This document shows, piece by piece, positions 49,608-60,848 of a DNA stretch of 64,000 bases. Numbering within the stretch: the stretch's first letter is position 1; the number at the start of each line of letters is the position of its first letter. This DNA comes from a virus. A program made the translations under genes and the position numbers. The stretch is taken from IMG/VR virus record IMGVR_UViG_3300037089_000506, one strand, 5' to 3'. The notes beneath the pieces are model-generated. The model ran no database searches and had not been told where the DNA came from. It worked only from the letters and a program-made list of their open reading frames with translations.

Positions 49608-50871
49608 CACAGCAGTAGTGATGAAAATTAGTAGGATAGAACCTATAGTAGGAGCAGATAACATTGTCAAAGCTATACTTAGCCTAGAGGGAATAGAGCA
49701 GGGGCAGGTAGTAGTAGGTAAAAATGATTTTTATGAAGAAAATAATGTAGTATTTTTTGACTCCAATATGATATTAAACTTAGATTTTATTAAGGTAGTA
49801 GATAAGCAATCTCCTGATTATGGTAAGGAGGAGTTTAAGTCAATCGGGAGCTATTTATCCAAAGGTAATCGGGTAAAGGTAGTGAGACTCAAAAATACTA
49901 TTTCACTGGGGCTTGCAATAGGGGTAGGCAAGTTTAAGCCCTACAATGTTGATCTTGAGGAAGGGAATAGTTTTACTTCCCTTAATGGTGTTGATGTCTG
50001 CCACAAATATGTGCCTCCACAGAAGCAGATTCAGGTTCAAGGTAAGAAGGGAAGGAAAGTAAAGAAAACTTCTCGTCTAATCCCTGATCAGTTTCATTTC
50101 CATATTGATACTTCACAACTATTGCGAAATGTACATAAGTTTAATCCTAACCAGATAATCAGTATCAGTCGGAAAATACACGGAACTTCAGCTATCTGTG
50201 CTAATGCTCTAGTAAAGAGGAAATTAAACCTGCTGGAGAAAATAGCAAAGAGTATAGGAATAAAGATACAGGATACTGAGTACGATTATCTCTATGCATC
50301 CAGGTCAGTAGTCAAGAACGATGCTACTACTTCTGGCTTCTACAAGGAAGATATCTGGACTGAGGCTGGAAAAAAATATTTCCTAACTAAACTTCATGCT
50401 GGTGAAACTGTCTACTATGAGATAGTGGGATTCCTCCCTTCTGGCAATGCTATCCAGAAGGGATATCGTTATGGTTGTATACCTAATACGTATAAAGTTG
50501 CTGTCTATAGGATTACTGCTACTGGTACTGATGGTACTGTGTATGAGTATTCATGGCAAGCAATGAAACAGCGCTGCGAAGAACTTCAGGTGCCTATGGT
50601 AGAGGAATTCTACTATGGCAAGGCTTCCGATTTCCCTCTATACTCCAATCCTACCAATCCTGAGTATTGGGTTAGCTATTTTATTAATGAATTGAAGGCT
50701 AATTATTTGGAAAAAAAGGCCGAAGATTGCGATGGTAACCCTGATGAGGGTATCGTTATCAGGATCGAGGGTATGAACATCGAGGCTTACAAGCTGAAGT
50801 CTGAAGCATTCCTCTTGAAGGAGTCAAAGGCACATGAAGAAGAGGTTATCGATATAGAAGAACAGGCATAA
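49597..50871 (+). CDS. ATP-dependent RNA ligase (DRB0094/Rnl2-like)
   Basis: N-terminal OB-like domain, KIHGTS (motif I), YEIVG, EGIVIR, YKLKS. Confidence 0.85.
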   Translation: MQNNTAVVMKISRIEPIVGADNIVKAILSLEGIEQGQVVVGKNDFYEENNVVFFDSNMILNLDFIKVVDKQSPDYGKEEFKSIGSYLSKGNRVKVVRLKNTISLGLAIGVGKFKPYNVDLEEGNSFTSLNGVDVCHKYVPPQKQIQVQGKKGRKVKKTSRLIPDQFHFHIDTSQLLRNVHKFNPNQIISISRKIHGTSAICANALVKRKLNLLEKIAKSIGIKIQDTEYDYLYASRSVVKNDATTSGFYKEDIWTEAGKKYFLTKLHAGETVYYEIVGFLPSGNAIQKGYRYGCIPNTYKVAVYRITATGTDGTVYEYSWQAMKQRCEELQVPMVEEFYYGKASDFPLYSNPTNPEYWVSYFINELKANYLEKKAEDCDGNPDEGIVIRIEGMNIEAYKLKSEAFLLKESKAHEEEVIDIEEQA

Positions 50872-50894
50872 AGGCTCCCCCATGCCCTTTTTAA

Positions 50895-50925
50895 TTAGGC
50901 TACCAGAAATGGTAGCCTTTTTTAT
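50895..50925 (+). terminator. intrinsic terminator
   Basis: GGCTACCA-GAAA-TGGTAGCC plus T tract. Confidence 0.75.
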
Positions 50926-50949
50926 TACTAAATAAGTAGAGGTATTTTT

Positions 50950-51898
50950 ATGATAGATATGATGTTTGTTACCCAGCTCCAATCTAATTTCTCTAACAAT
51001 GATATTGAATCTTTTGATGAGACTACTCTCTCTATAGATGGAACTCCCTATAATCCGTCACGATGGATAAATGAAATAGGCATGTATTCACAATTAACTT
51101 TAGGGTTACAAGAACAAATACTCAATGATATTACTAGCGATATTATTGTATTTATGAATAGATAGTCTCATTTTACCTACTAATTATATAGAGAGGAGAT
51201 TTTATGATGGTTTCAGCAGCCTTTGTACGTGCATTGAGAAATAATGGTAACACTGCATATACATTTAAGATAAATTTTAGTGGTACTATTATGCTAGTAC
51301 AGTCAGGAACATACTCCCCAGTGGCGTTCATTCCTCAAAAGTGGATCAATGAAATGGAGACCTTCCCTAATTTGCAATCCTCATTGCAAACAGCAATCCT
51401 AACTGATTTCACTTCTACTATCACTACAGCAGCAGCTTCCAACTACTTTACGTCCTCTCAAGCTTCTATCAATGCTCCAGTATTAGTAAATAACTCATTA
51501 TTAGTTGTAAATAATGGTTCTGATGGCATTACTGGTGATCCTATGACTATTCAATAAGATATTAAATGATGATAAGCTTAACGTTTCTACACAGAATAAA
51601 AAACTCATTTCCTGCCTATACAGTAAAACTTATAAATCATGGCACTACTTTTGAATTACAATCAGGAACCAATATACCTATAGTATTTATTCCTACAGTG
51701 TTCCAATCTGAAATAGAAAATTTTACTAATTTAACTTTGTTATTACAAAATTATATTGTTTCAGCTATTTCTACTGATATAACTACAGCTATAAATCAGA
51801 ATTATTTTGTTATACCTCCTCCCTCTATTACTACTGTACAATATAGTACTAAAATATACGGTAATAAATTACCAGGAGACACTATAATCATTCAGTAA
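50950..51898 (+). repeat. three tandem paralogous small ORFs (50950-51165, 51204-51557, 51566-51898)
   Basis: shared W/F-I/Q.NE.E.F.NL...LQ..IL.DI.S.I pattern. Confidence 0.6.
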
Positions 51899-52302
51899 TC
51901 CTCTAATACTAAGTATGCAGGAGTTTTAATGTATACAATAACAGAGTATAACTATGAGGGTGTAGCAGAGGTACAGTGTAATAAATGCGACACTTCCTTC
52001 AGTATAGAGTTTTCTGGTGATGATGGGCAAAAAATAAAAGATTCGATAAAAGAGTCTTTATTAGAGTTGGGTTGGACTAATAATTTTTGTCCACAATGCT
52101 CTGAGGAACTAACTGAACATGGAGACTCAGACGAATCAGACGAATTTAATACCGATTGTTAAAGATTTATTAGAAGATAAAGGCGATACTTTGGATTACA
52201 ATAATCCTAAATTTACTTGGGATTTAGTAGACGAAGGAAGTCAAACAATAAATAAAGACAATCCATTTTCAGGATTATAACTAACTAAATAAGGAGATTT
52301 AT

Positions 52303-52770
52303 ATGTTTATTAGTCATGAATTATTTACTCGGCTTAAAGCTGATATGGACAAGGACTTAGTAGAGCTTACCGATGGTGGTAAAACGCTTCTAATCAATGG
52401 TAAGAGTTTAGCTATTCATCTATGGGGAGAAGTAGCCGAGAGGTTCCATCTTCTAACCAAGGAAGCCAAAGACGAATTGTATGCTAAAATCAAAGCAGAG
52501 GCAGTAAAGTTATCTAATGAAGCTAAGGCTAAGATTGATGCTATTGATGCTACTATAAAAGCTGAAGAAGTTAAGGTAGCTGCTGATATTGATAAAGGTA
52601 TTGCTGCTGTTGCTTCTGATGTAGAGAAAGAAGCTTCTACTGTAGCTGTAGATGCAACTAAGGAAGTTGATAAAGTAGCTGTAACTACAGAAAATGTAAC
52701 TGTACAAGTAGGAACTACTGTAGATACTACTGTTGATACTGCTGATGCTGCTGTTCAAAGCATGAAATAA
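52303..52770 (+). CDS. small protein with Ala/Val/Thr-rich low-complexity tail
   Basis: 155 aa; N-terminus weakly resembles the 50950-51898 family. Confidence 0.55.
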   Translation: MFISHELFTRLKADMDKDLVELTDGGKTLLINGKSLAIHLWGEVAERFHLLTKEAKDELYAKIKAEAVKLSNEAKAKIDAIDATIKAEEVKVAADIDKGIAAVASDVEKEASTVAVDATKEVDKVAVTTENVTVQVGTTVDTTVDTADAAVQSMK

Positions 52771-52774
52771 ATTA

Positions 52775-52801
52775 AAAGCCCTTTGTAATGAAGGGCTTTT
52801 T
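52775..52801. terminator. bidirectional terminator at the convergent junction
   Basis: AAAAGCCCTTT...AAGGGCTTTT. Confidence 0.7.
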
Positions 52802-54087
52802 TACAATCCAAATAAAGTTGTATTTTCTTGTAAAATGTTTTGAGAAGGCAGCATTACCATATCAAATATTTTATTATGAAAATCGTAATATTTATCATAA
52901 TAAATAGTATATCCCTCTCTGGATAATCTATCATGAAATACTTTATCCTTTATATCACTCCACGATATACTAAAAAGGTATCTCGACAAATTTGCCATAA
53001 AACCATAGTTTAGCTGCCCATTATAGATGCGTCTATCATCGCCCCATATAACAAAGTCTACACTAGGGGGGGGAATCATACGTTGTATTATGCTTGCTAT
53101 ATAATACTGATATGTCATATAAACCATATCATCAACAGTACTACCTGCTAATTTACATAATTTCCTAACTTCTTCCCCTTTATTATATTCCTTATCATTA
53201 ATATAGAATCCAGTGCCATTCATAATAGAAAAATCTAAATATAGAAAATCAGCGTTATTCCTTACATCTACCCCTTTACCTATTTGTTTTATTATAATCT
53301 TTTCGTTTACTTCCTGCCCTGGTAGTATGCTCCAGTGCCTTTTGCCTTCCTTTTTCTCTTTCTGACGTATATCATAATGGTGAATAACCTCTATAGTATA
53401 CTTGTCTAGTCTATTTATTTGTTGGGTTACACAAACTTTTTTCTCAGGGGGCATTTTAATACCACCACACTTTTGTATCCCTACTCTAGCATGAGCTATA
53501 ATAGATGTCATATCCGTAAGAGTGAATGGTAGGGGTAAATTTATAATAAGATCTGTAGAACTATAACAAGTATAATCTTCAAAAACAGAAGTTTTCTTAC
53601 TATTAGCTAAGATAGCTATTTTTTTCCATTTGAATTTAGGATTATAGTTAATAAAATAAATTAGAAATTTATTTAGCTTTTTACAATATGACTTCCAGGC
53701 AAAAGCACTGTTTTCAGCAGTACACCACGTACCCTCTATACCATTTATATATTTAGATGCTATCAATTTAGAGGCTTCATGTGTGAGAGGAACATATCCT
53801 ATTATATTATCTTGATTATATACCTCAACATAGTCCTCATTTGGAATTAAACCTTCAATACCACTATTTTTTACATTTTTCTTTTTGGCTGTCCTTGATA
53901 CACTATTGATAAGGGAAGTAAAATCTTCATATTTTAGGTTCTTCCAATTATTCCAATCTATCTGTCCTTCCTCATTTGGGTAAACATTGAAGTATTGAAT
54001 TATTTGTGATTTCTGCTCAGGAGACAATGCAGGAATTTTACTTATTATATGGTCTTTCTTTTCTGTTAATATCATATTAAAATCCAT
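52801..54087 (-). CDS. hypothetical protein, N-terminal half paralogous to 54077-55447
   Basis: shared IDWN.WK.L.Y.DF, GI.GL, PL..EASK.IAS.Y, WC.A. Confidence 0.65.
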   Translation of the reverse strand: MDFNMILTEKKDHIISKIPALSPEQKSQIIQYFNVYPNEEGQIDWNNWKNLKYEDFTSLINSVSRTAKKKNVKNSGIEGLIPNEDYVEVYNQDNIIGYVPLTHEASKLIASKYINGIEGTWCTAENSAFAWKSYCKKLNKFLIYFINYNPKFKWKKIAILANSKKTSVFEDYTCYSSTDLIINLPLPFTLTDMTSIIAHARVGIQKCGGIKMPPEKKVCVTQQINRLDKYTIEVIHHYDIRQKEKKEGKRHWSILPGQEVNEKIIIKQIGKGVDVRNNADFLYLDFSIMNGTGFYINDKEYNKGEEVRKLCKLAGSTVDDMVYMTYQYYIASIIQRMIPPPSVDFVIWGDDRRIYNGQLNYGFMANLSRYLFSISWSDIKDKVFHDRLSREGYTIYYDKYYDFHNKIFDMVMLPSQNILQENTTLFGL

Positions 54088-55447
54088 AATCTAAGTCCAA
54101 TTGATGGTCATAAGCTCTTTGTGCTGGTGTTGATACCCAGTCAGTCCCTGCATATTTGTCGGGGGTTTCCCAGTCATAATCATCCCTATAGTATACATAA
54201 TAAGATACTTCAGCAGAATCATATAAAGTGTCTTGTTTACATTTACTTACTTTAATATAGCGACCCAGAATATTCATTAAGTACTCATCAATAGAAATAT
54301 CATTTTTAATTAAAATATAACTATATTGCAGAGAGGAATCAGCATCTAGATGATGAAGAATTTTTTTAGCATTTATTGGATCTAATAATCTCAATGCCGT
54401 TCGTTTTATTTCATAATCATCAATATCGGTGATGTCCCCTCGTAAATTATTAGAAGCTTTTTGAGCATCATCAGGAGTATAATCATTCTCATACACAATA
54501 TATATACCTCTACCTCTGCCGGTAGCAAATTTTCTCCCATCATCCATAGTCAGCTCATCTAGGAAACCTAAATCAGCATTATCTATACCTTCTCCTACCC
54601 TTTGAATTTCGAATGAAGAAGATAAACCTTCAACACTAGTATCTTCATCCTCAATATCATCACCAATTCGAACTAGTTGAACAAAAGAAACCCCCCCTTT
54701 TAGAATATCATTTTCAATTTCCTCCTGTATATAACAATCAATAAAATACTCTTTATCTAACTCAGAGCGGGCGTCCCCTGCATCCATTATTAGTACTAAA
54801 GCTTTATCAATCAAAGATTTCATCTTATCTACATTAAAGATAAAATTAGGGTATTTGTTAGGAACATTATATCTAGCGGTAGCTGACATTGAACTAAATA
54901 TTACTTCATCCTTCCAATTCCAGGCTTGATAGTCAAGATTTAGCCACATTCTTATTGCTATTTTACCCCATGTGGAATCAGGATTATAGTCTACAAGATA
55001 AAGAAAACGATTATTATTATCGCCCTCTTCAGATACATAATTATCCCAAAAGTTTCTATTATTGTGCAGTGCAACACACCACTTACCTGTTGTTTTACTA
55101 GCACCCACATAAGAAGATGCTATCATTTTTGATGCTTCCCAATCCAGCGGGCAATATCCTACAATAGTACCACTGTTATAGGCAATAATATAATCAGTTC
55201 CTTCATCTAATCCGTTAATACCAGTATTCTTTACCATTTTCTGTCTAGCAGTTTTACTAATTTGAGATAATAATGGAACAAAATCATTATAGGTTAAAGT
55301 ACGCCAATCATTCCAATCTATTTTAGATTCATAGTTTGGATGTATTTTGAAGAAATCCTTTATCTGTTTTTTCTGTTCATCACTTAAAGAAGGTATCATG
55401 TTTATCATAGCTTCTTTTGTTTCTTGTAATAGTGTATTATAATCCAT
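54077..55447 (-). CDS. mosaic hypothetical protein
   Basis: N-half like 52801-54087, C-half like 55437-56663. Confidence 0.65.
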   Translation of the reverse strand: MDYNTLLQETKEAMINMIPSLSDEQKKQIKDFFKIHPNYESKIDWNDWRTLTYNDFVPLLSQISKTARQKMVKNTGINGLDEGTDYIIAYNSGTIVGYCPLDWEASKMIASSYVGASKTTGKWCVALHNNRNFWDNYVSEEGDNNNRFLYLVDYNPDSTWGKIAIRMWLNLDYQAWNWKDEVIFSSMSATARYNVPNKYPNFIFNVDKMKSLIDKALVLIMDAGDARSELDKEYFIDCYIQEEIENDILKGGVSFVQLVRIGDDIEDEDTSVEGLSSSFEIQRVGEGIDNADLGFLDELTMDDGRKFATGRGRGIYIVYENDYTPDDAQKASNNLRGDITDIDDYEIKRTALRLLDPINAKKILHHLDADSSLQYSYILIKNDISIDEYLMNILGRYIKVSKCKQDTLYDSAEVSYYVYYRDDYDWETPDKYAGTDWVSTPAQRAYDHQLDLDYGF

Positions 55448-56663
55448 AATCTAAATCCAATTGATGGTCATATTTTCTCTGTGCTGCTGTTGATACCCAA
55501 TCATCATTATTTCTCTTTGTTCTATTATATTCTTCTTGGTAATAAATATTATAGGTATTACCAGAATAATCCTCAACGTCTAGCTCTATATATGCTTTAG
55601 TTCGTTTGAATTCCTCTTTATTATAGAACTTAAAATTATTGCTCAAAAAATCTTCCATCCACGACTCTAATGCTTCTTGTTTTACTATGATATAATCATA
55701 AGAAGGATGATCAAGATACTCTTTTAAATTTCTTTCTAACTCTAACTCGGAAGAGTCAATATCCATACTCTCATCATAAGTCCATATTCTACTTGCTTCT
55801 CTCTCTGCATCTTCCATAGTATAATCTTCTGTATACTCTATATATAGCCCTCTACCATTATTGATATTAAATCCTTCAAATTCATTTAACATATCTAAGT
55901 GATCTGGTAAAGGCTCTTCATTTGGTAATAATTGATATATATCAAATGAAGAAGAAGTTTCGTTAGTAGCATTTTCTTCTATATCATAATCATCACCCTG
56001 GAAATAATATAAACTATATTGACAATAACCAGCAAAATGTGGTGAAGGTTCATCTTTTATTTCACCGTAAAGACTACATTCAAGATAGAGTATCTTAGGC
56101 TGTAAATCCTCTGTTTCTACATAAGATAATGGTTTTATCTGTCCTGTTCTATATGCGACTAAAACTAATCCATCTTGTCTACCTGTAAATACTATACCTG
56201 CGCATAATAAAGTGAAATTTTTTATATTGCGAGTACACTCACGAGCCACATCTGAGGTAAATTTGGTATTATTAGTTTTTCTTTGATATTCTTCTCGTTC
56301 TTTAGGGGTTAATAACATCTTATAGTAAAGGAATTGATAATCAATAAAATTCTGTTCAGTGAATTGTCTATTAGGATATCGTTTATTATGCTCTCTAAAT
56401 AGGGGTGTTTTCACAAACTCATTATAGTCAAAGAAAAAGAAATGACTTAAATTTACTCCAAACTTTACTACATATTGTCCATATTTGGATTGCATGTCTG
56501 AAGTAAGCTGAGACTCTAAATCATAAGTGGCATAGAAGCCTCTACCATAGTAGTCTCCTCCTCCTACTTTAAATCCTTCTTTATTTATTGAGTCTATTAG
56601 TTTTTCTTCATTAGTTCTATGGTATACCGTAGCTACATTACCATAAATAGTCTCATTAAGCAT
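55437..56663 (-). CDS. protein with N-terminal ADP-ribosyltransferase-like domain
   Basis: VYHRT...GF.VGGG.YYGRGFYATYD...YG.YVVKF. Confidence 0.5.
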   Translation of the reverse strand: MLNETIYGNVATVYHRTNEEKLIDSINKEGFKVGGGDYYGRGFYATYDLESQLTSDMQSKYGQYVVKFGVNLSHFFFFDYNEFVKTPLFREHNKRYPNRQFTEQNFIDYQFLYYKMLLTPKEREEYQRKTNNTKFTSDVARECTRNIKNFTLLCAGIVFTGRQDGLVLVAYRTGQIKPLSYVETEDLQPKILYLECSLYGEIKDEPSPHFAGYCQYSLYYFQGDDYDIEENATNETSSSFDIYQLLPNEEPLPDHLDMLNEFEGFNINNGRGLYIEYTEDYTMEDAEREASRIWTYDESMDIDSSELELERNLKEYLDHPSYDYIIVKQEALESWMEDFLSNNFKFYNKEEFKRTKAYIELDVEDYSGNTYNIYYQEEYNRTKRNNDDWVSTAAQRKYDHQLDLDYGL

Positions 56664-56675
56664 ATATAATTAGTC

Positions 56676-58775
56676 TTACTGAAACCCTAATTTTCTAATC
56701 AAGTCTTCGGTGTTTTTCTTTATATCATCGTTAGTTAGGATTACTTTATTTTCATCCCAAATCTGTAATAATGATTGTCCATCAGTGGCTAAATACTTAT
56801 GAGCAAGATAAACAGCACCAGCAACAGCATCACTACAGTCCTTGGCATTTATACCTAGTACAGAGGTATCCCAGGCATAATCCGCAGTAGCAGGATTGGG
56901 GGAATCACCCATAGTATGATTTATAGTGAGAGTTTTACTCCGAGGACGCTGTGTGATTCTCAATGACTTTAGATTATTTTTTATGAATACATTTCGTCCC
57001 ATCTTCAAATTCCCCTGTTCTATTTGTTGCGCTAGAAATAGGTAGGGGTCCATAGTTTCATCTACGGATATATGGTCCATTTCAATTTCCGCTCTCTCTA
57101 GGTGCTGTAATGCTGCTTCGGACTGAAAAGTATCGTATGAACCCATTATTATTGGCATTTGTCCTTTAGTAAATACATCGAATATGAATTCTTTAATAGC
57201 ATCTAGATTGATTCTTCCTCCGAAAGGATGTATAGGTAAAACAAAGTCTACTATATACATGATATCATGTTCTATATCTAATGCTTTATCAGTTTTCTTT
57301 CTTTCCACATGTACAAAAGCTATGGCAGACATATCATTAGATACTGATTGGTCAATATGAAACACCCGAGGAATCCCCGGTTTATAGTAAAAATGATAAC
57401 CAAATCCTGCTTTCTCAAAAAGAGTATCCCGTATGACTTTCCATATCAGTTCATGAGGTTCCATACGAGCATCAACATGAAGACAATGTTCTATAGATTT
57501 CATCTGTGGTACAAAGCAATTATTTATTTTATCATAATCATAGAATAATTTATCCAAATTTCCTTGTGGTATGCCAGCAAAGTCCTTTAATGATTTATGT
57601 AAATCATCATGGAATAATTGATACATACCATTAGGGTCACTAATAGTTCCATAGGGAACCCTAATAATATCACTTTCATCATATCCTTGAATATTATTGA
57701 GAATAGTGGGGGGTTTTCCCGATCCTCCTTTGAATACAGGAAATGTATGTTCTAGATTAGAAAATTCTTCTGGTTGCCATTCCCATTTAGCCCCTTTTAT
57801 AATAAAATTTTTAGGGCTATTAGGTGCATCAAACATACAATAAGTATCAATAGGGGATTCCAAATCATTAGGTGAAGAGTCTAAAATAGTTCTACCCCAG
57901 TAGTTTCCCATCAAACGAGAATCAACACGACGCTTCATATCATTAAAAAGTCGCATAACAAACTCATCACTCTTTCCTGCTTGTCGGAAAAATGTTATCT
58001 CTGACATAGTACCACATATAATAGTCAGCCCTAGTATAGTAACAGGATTTGAAGCTAACTTATAGTGAAGATTATTAGAGAATTGTAAAGCAGATACACC
58101 ATACCGGGAGGCTGTAGTCCAATATAGAGTATCTATTTTCTTCTCCCGTTGATAATCCCGTTCTCTTTTTATCATATCCTCTCTAGTTCGTACCTTACAA
58201 AAGAAGGTAGAGCCTTCAAGCATATTTATGAAAGGGGATAACAATAATTCTGATGTTTTACGTAAATTATAAGAACATAATACAAAGCTCAATGTCTCTG
58301 AAGACATAATTCCAAAATATTTCTTTGGGTCCCGCATTAATGCTAAATGAACAGTCATATAGAGATTTATCAATACTGATAATGTAGTTTTGCCTGAACC
58401 AATGTAGGTATATAAAACAGCATCTCTATAGGGTTCCTTGTCGTTCATGAATTCAATAAACCATTTTCGTACTCGTGGATAAATGGATTCAGCGACAGGT
58501 CCTAGATACTTAGCAGTTAGAAATTCCTCTGGTGTAGGGGGTTTTAATCTATAATTTACTCTCCAACTATTATTTAATAAATCCAATTTGGCTTTAGCAT
58601 TTAAATTATCATTACTTATTATTGAGTCTAAAGCTGTCTGTATCTTACTGATATCTAATTGATTATAAACATCAAACATATCTATAAGCTCAGTATCCCC
58701 TTCTAATACATCAAAAAGAATGTCATTTAAATTCTCTTGTTTATTTATATCTATTAAATTTGTATTCATTTCCAA
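56676..58775 (-). CDS. terL: terminase large subunit
   Basis: YIGSGKT Walker A, TMSE Walker B, HIDQS...D and KDCSDAVAG nuclease motifs. Confidence 0.8.
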   Translation of the reverse strand: MEMNTNLIDINKQENLNDILFDVLEGDTELIDMFDVYNQLDISKIQTALDSIISNDNLNAKAKLDLLNNSWRVNYRLKPPTPEEFLTAKYLGPVAESIYPRVRKWFIEFMNDKEPYRDAVLYTYIGSGKTTLSVLINLYMTVHLALMRDPKKYFGIMSSETLSFVLCSYNLRKTSELLLSPFINMLEGSTFFCKVRTREDMIKRERDYQREKKIDTLYWTTASRYGVSALQFSNNLHYKLASNPVTILGLTIICGTMSEITFFRQAGKSDEFVMRLFNDMKRRVDSRLMGNYWGRTILDSSPNDLESPIDTYCMFDAPNSPKNFIIKGAKWEWQPEEFSNLEHTFPVFKGGSGKPPTILNNIQGYDESDIIRVPYGTISDPNGMYQLFHDDLHKSLKDFAGIPQGNLDKLFYDYDKINNCFVPQMKSIEHCLHVDARMEPHELIWKVIRDTLFEKAGFGYHFYYKPGIPRVFHIDQSVSNDMSAIAFVHVERKKTDKALDIEHDIMYIVDFVLPIHPFGGRINLDAIKEFIFDVFTKGQMPIIMGSYDTFQSEAALQHLERAEIEMDHISVDETMDPYLFLAQQIEQGNLKMGRNVFIKNNLKSLRITQRPRSKTLTINHTMGDSPNPATADYAWDTSVLGINAKDCSDAVAGAVYLAHKYLATDGQSLLQIWDENKVILTNDDIKKNTEDLIRKLGFQ

Positions 58776-59287
58776 TATTCATCTCTATAAAATACAATAT
58801 TATCATTACATATACGTTTAATTAAATTAGGCTTGAAATAACAACCTACTTCAGCAGTATGTAATTTATGCGCTTGTCTACGATAGAATATTGAATATTC
58901 CGGTAATTTATAATAATGGTTACAATCAAACTCTAATACTCCATAATCTTTGTTTGTTGCTAAACAATATTCTTTAGTATCATCAATAAGGTAAGATGGA
59001 ACAGCAAAATAAAATTTATTAGGGCATATTATTGGGTCTGAAGTTTCATCATAAAGTGCTGCTTCTACAAATTTTTGATGCTTTTCTTTCTTATGCTTAC
59101 TTTCATTCAATAGATCTGACTTTGATATCTTTATTTCTATCTCTATGACTTCTCCTGTAATATCATTAATAGCGATAACATCTGCTATTCCCTGAGAGTA
59201 ACTTAATTCAGAACAACATAAATACCCTTTTTTAAATCTATAAAAACTCATTAAAGCACATTTAATAACATTACTATTAACTTCCAA
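58766..59287 (-). CDS. MmcB-like PD-(D/E)xK nuclease
   Basis: IADVIAI...EIEIKISKSDL, FYFAVP. Confidence 0.7.
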   Translation of the reverse strand: MEVNSNVIKCALMSFYRFKKGYLCCSELSYSQGIADVIAINDITGEVIEIEIKISKSDLLNESKHKKEKHQKFVEAALYDETSDPIICPNKFYFAVPSYLIDDTKEYCLATNKDYGVLEFDCNHYYKLPEYSIFYRRQAHKLHTAEVGCYFKPNLIKRICNDNIVFYRDEYWK

Positions 59288-59426
59288 CTTATTAGTCTCC
59301 TTAATAACTAATTATTTAGTTGAATAGGGGATTTCATATGTATAAGCTTATCCTATTGTAAATAATAGGACTAATAGCACTGAATATAGGCTAAAGGCTT
59401 TGTATTACCTATTACAATAAAATCAA

Positions 59427-60848
59427 ATGGAGGATTTTATGAGAATTGAAGAAAGAAAGAGAGAACATTTATGGTGGATGAATGAGAACGAAGAGTCTCT
59501 TCACGATGGTAGTAAATTGGAAGAGGCTTATGATCCTAAAAGATTAAAGCCAGGATATGATGGTAGAAATGGCCCCGATGTAAAGACATTATATGCTAAG
59601 AAAGGCGAAGCTCGTTTTGATAAACTTGGTGCCAATGGCGGTGATAATCAAGAAGTTTCAAAGCCAAAGAAAGGCGCTGCTGATACTAAAGACCTCTCAG
59701 TAAAAGAACGAAGAATGAGAGAGTTTGAAGATGAAGAGGGAATGGACAATCTTGAGGGAGAGGGCATGGGTGGAGAGGGCATAGATGATGATGTTCCCCC
59801 AGAGATGGAAGAGCCCATGGATGATGAATTCGGAGATGAAGAGGGAATGGAAGGCGAAGGCGAAGGTGGCGACGAAGTAGCTGATGAGGTTACCGTTGAA
59901 ATCCAAGGACAGAGATTCAAATTAGTTCCAGAAGAGCCCGAAGAGGGGATGGAAGGGGATGAATTTGGTGATGAGGAATTTGGTGATGAAGGTGGACAAG
60001 GACTCAATACAGAGCCTCCTCCTATGGGCCAAGTTGAACCTGAGGACGACGATGTTGAATTCCCTGAAGCTGCTCCACGTAAAAGAGTAATGAAAGAGAG
60101 TGCAAAGTCAAAGAAAGAGAAAGCTAACTATGTTAGAAAATTATTGAAAATGAAGGACTTTGCTGAATCAGAATTAAAAGAACTCTTCACTGGTGATTAT
60201 GTTGTAACTAAAGGTCAGAATGGTGGATTAGCAGGAATGAACTTCAAACCAGTAACTGGTGATACTAAGTATGCTGTTGTAGCTCGTGCTGCTACAGGTG
60301 ATCAATACACTGTTACTGATTCTAAATCACCTTATGAGCCTGGGTCAGATTCTAAGGGACAGACTGGTGGTGGTAAAGTAAATAAGCTTGCTGCTCCTAC
60401 TGTAGAATCCTTCAAGAAGTGGCTTCAGAGTACGTATTTAAATGAGGAAGAGGTAGGGGCTGAGGATGGTCAAAATGATCCTGGAAAGGATTCTCAAGAT
60501 TTTAATAAAGAGGATTTGTTTGGACAGGTAACACCCATTTCTCCTTTAGACCCAAAGGATTACCCAGCACAACCAGAAATGGTAGGAATGGGAAACCCTG
60601 GAAAGCAGTCTAAACAGGATGCTAACCCGGTATCAGATACTACTGTAATGACGATGGCTAAGACAGCTCGGGCAGGTGAGAGCACTACTACCACAAAGGC
60701 CCGCTTAGAGGCAGTTAAGAGGGCTCGTGTAGCTCGTAGACAGCAAGAGTCAGCAATAGTAAAACCGGATGGAAAAGTAAGTGTGTTGGATGAAGAACTG
60801 GATTTTAAAAAACTGATGAATGGAGACTATTCTCATCTATCAGAATAA
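59427..60848 (+). CDS. acidic prohead core/scaffold-like protein
   Basis: E/D/G-rich low complexity, adjacent to terL; inference from context. Confidence 0.5.
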   Translation: MEDFMRIEERKREHLWWMNENEESLHDGSKLEEAYDPKRLKPGYDGRNGPDVKTLYAKKGEARFDKLGANGGDNQEVSKPKKGAADTKDLSVKERRMREFEDEEGMDNLEGEGMGGEGIDDDVPPEMEEPMDDEFGDEEGMEGEGEGGDEVADEVTVEIQGQRFKLVPEEPEEGMEGDEFGDEEFGDEGGQGLNTEPPPMGQVEPEDDDVEFPEAAPRKRVMKESAKSKKEKANYVRKLLKMKDFAESELKELFTGDYVVTKGQNGGLAGMNFKPVTGDTKYAVVARAATGDQYTVTDSKSPYEPGSDSKGQTGGGKVNKLAAPTVESFKKWLQSTYLNEEEVGAEDGQNDPGKDSQDFNKEDLFGQVTPISPLDPKDYPAQPEMVGMGNPGKQSKQDANPVSDTTVMTMAKTARAGESTTTTKARLEAVKRARVARRQQESAIVKPDGKVSVLDEELDFKKLMNGDYSHLSE

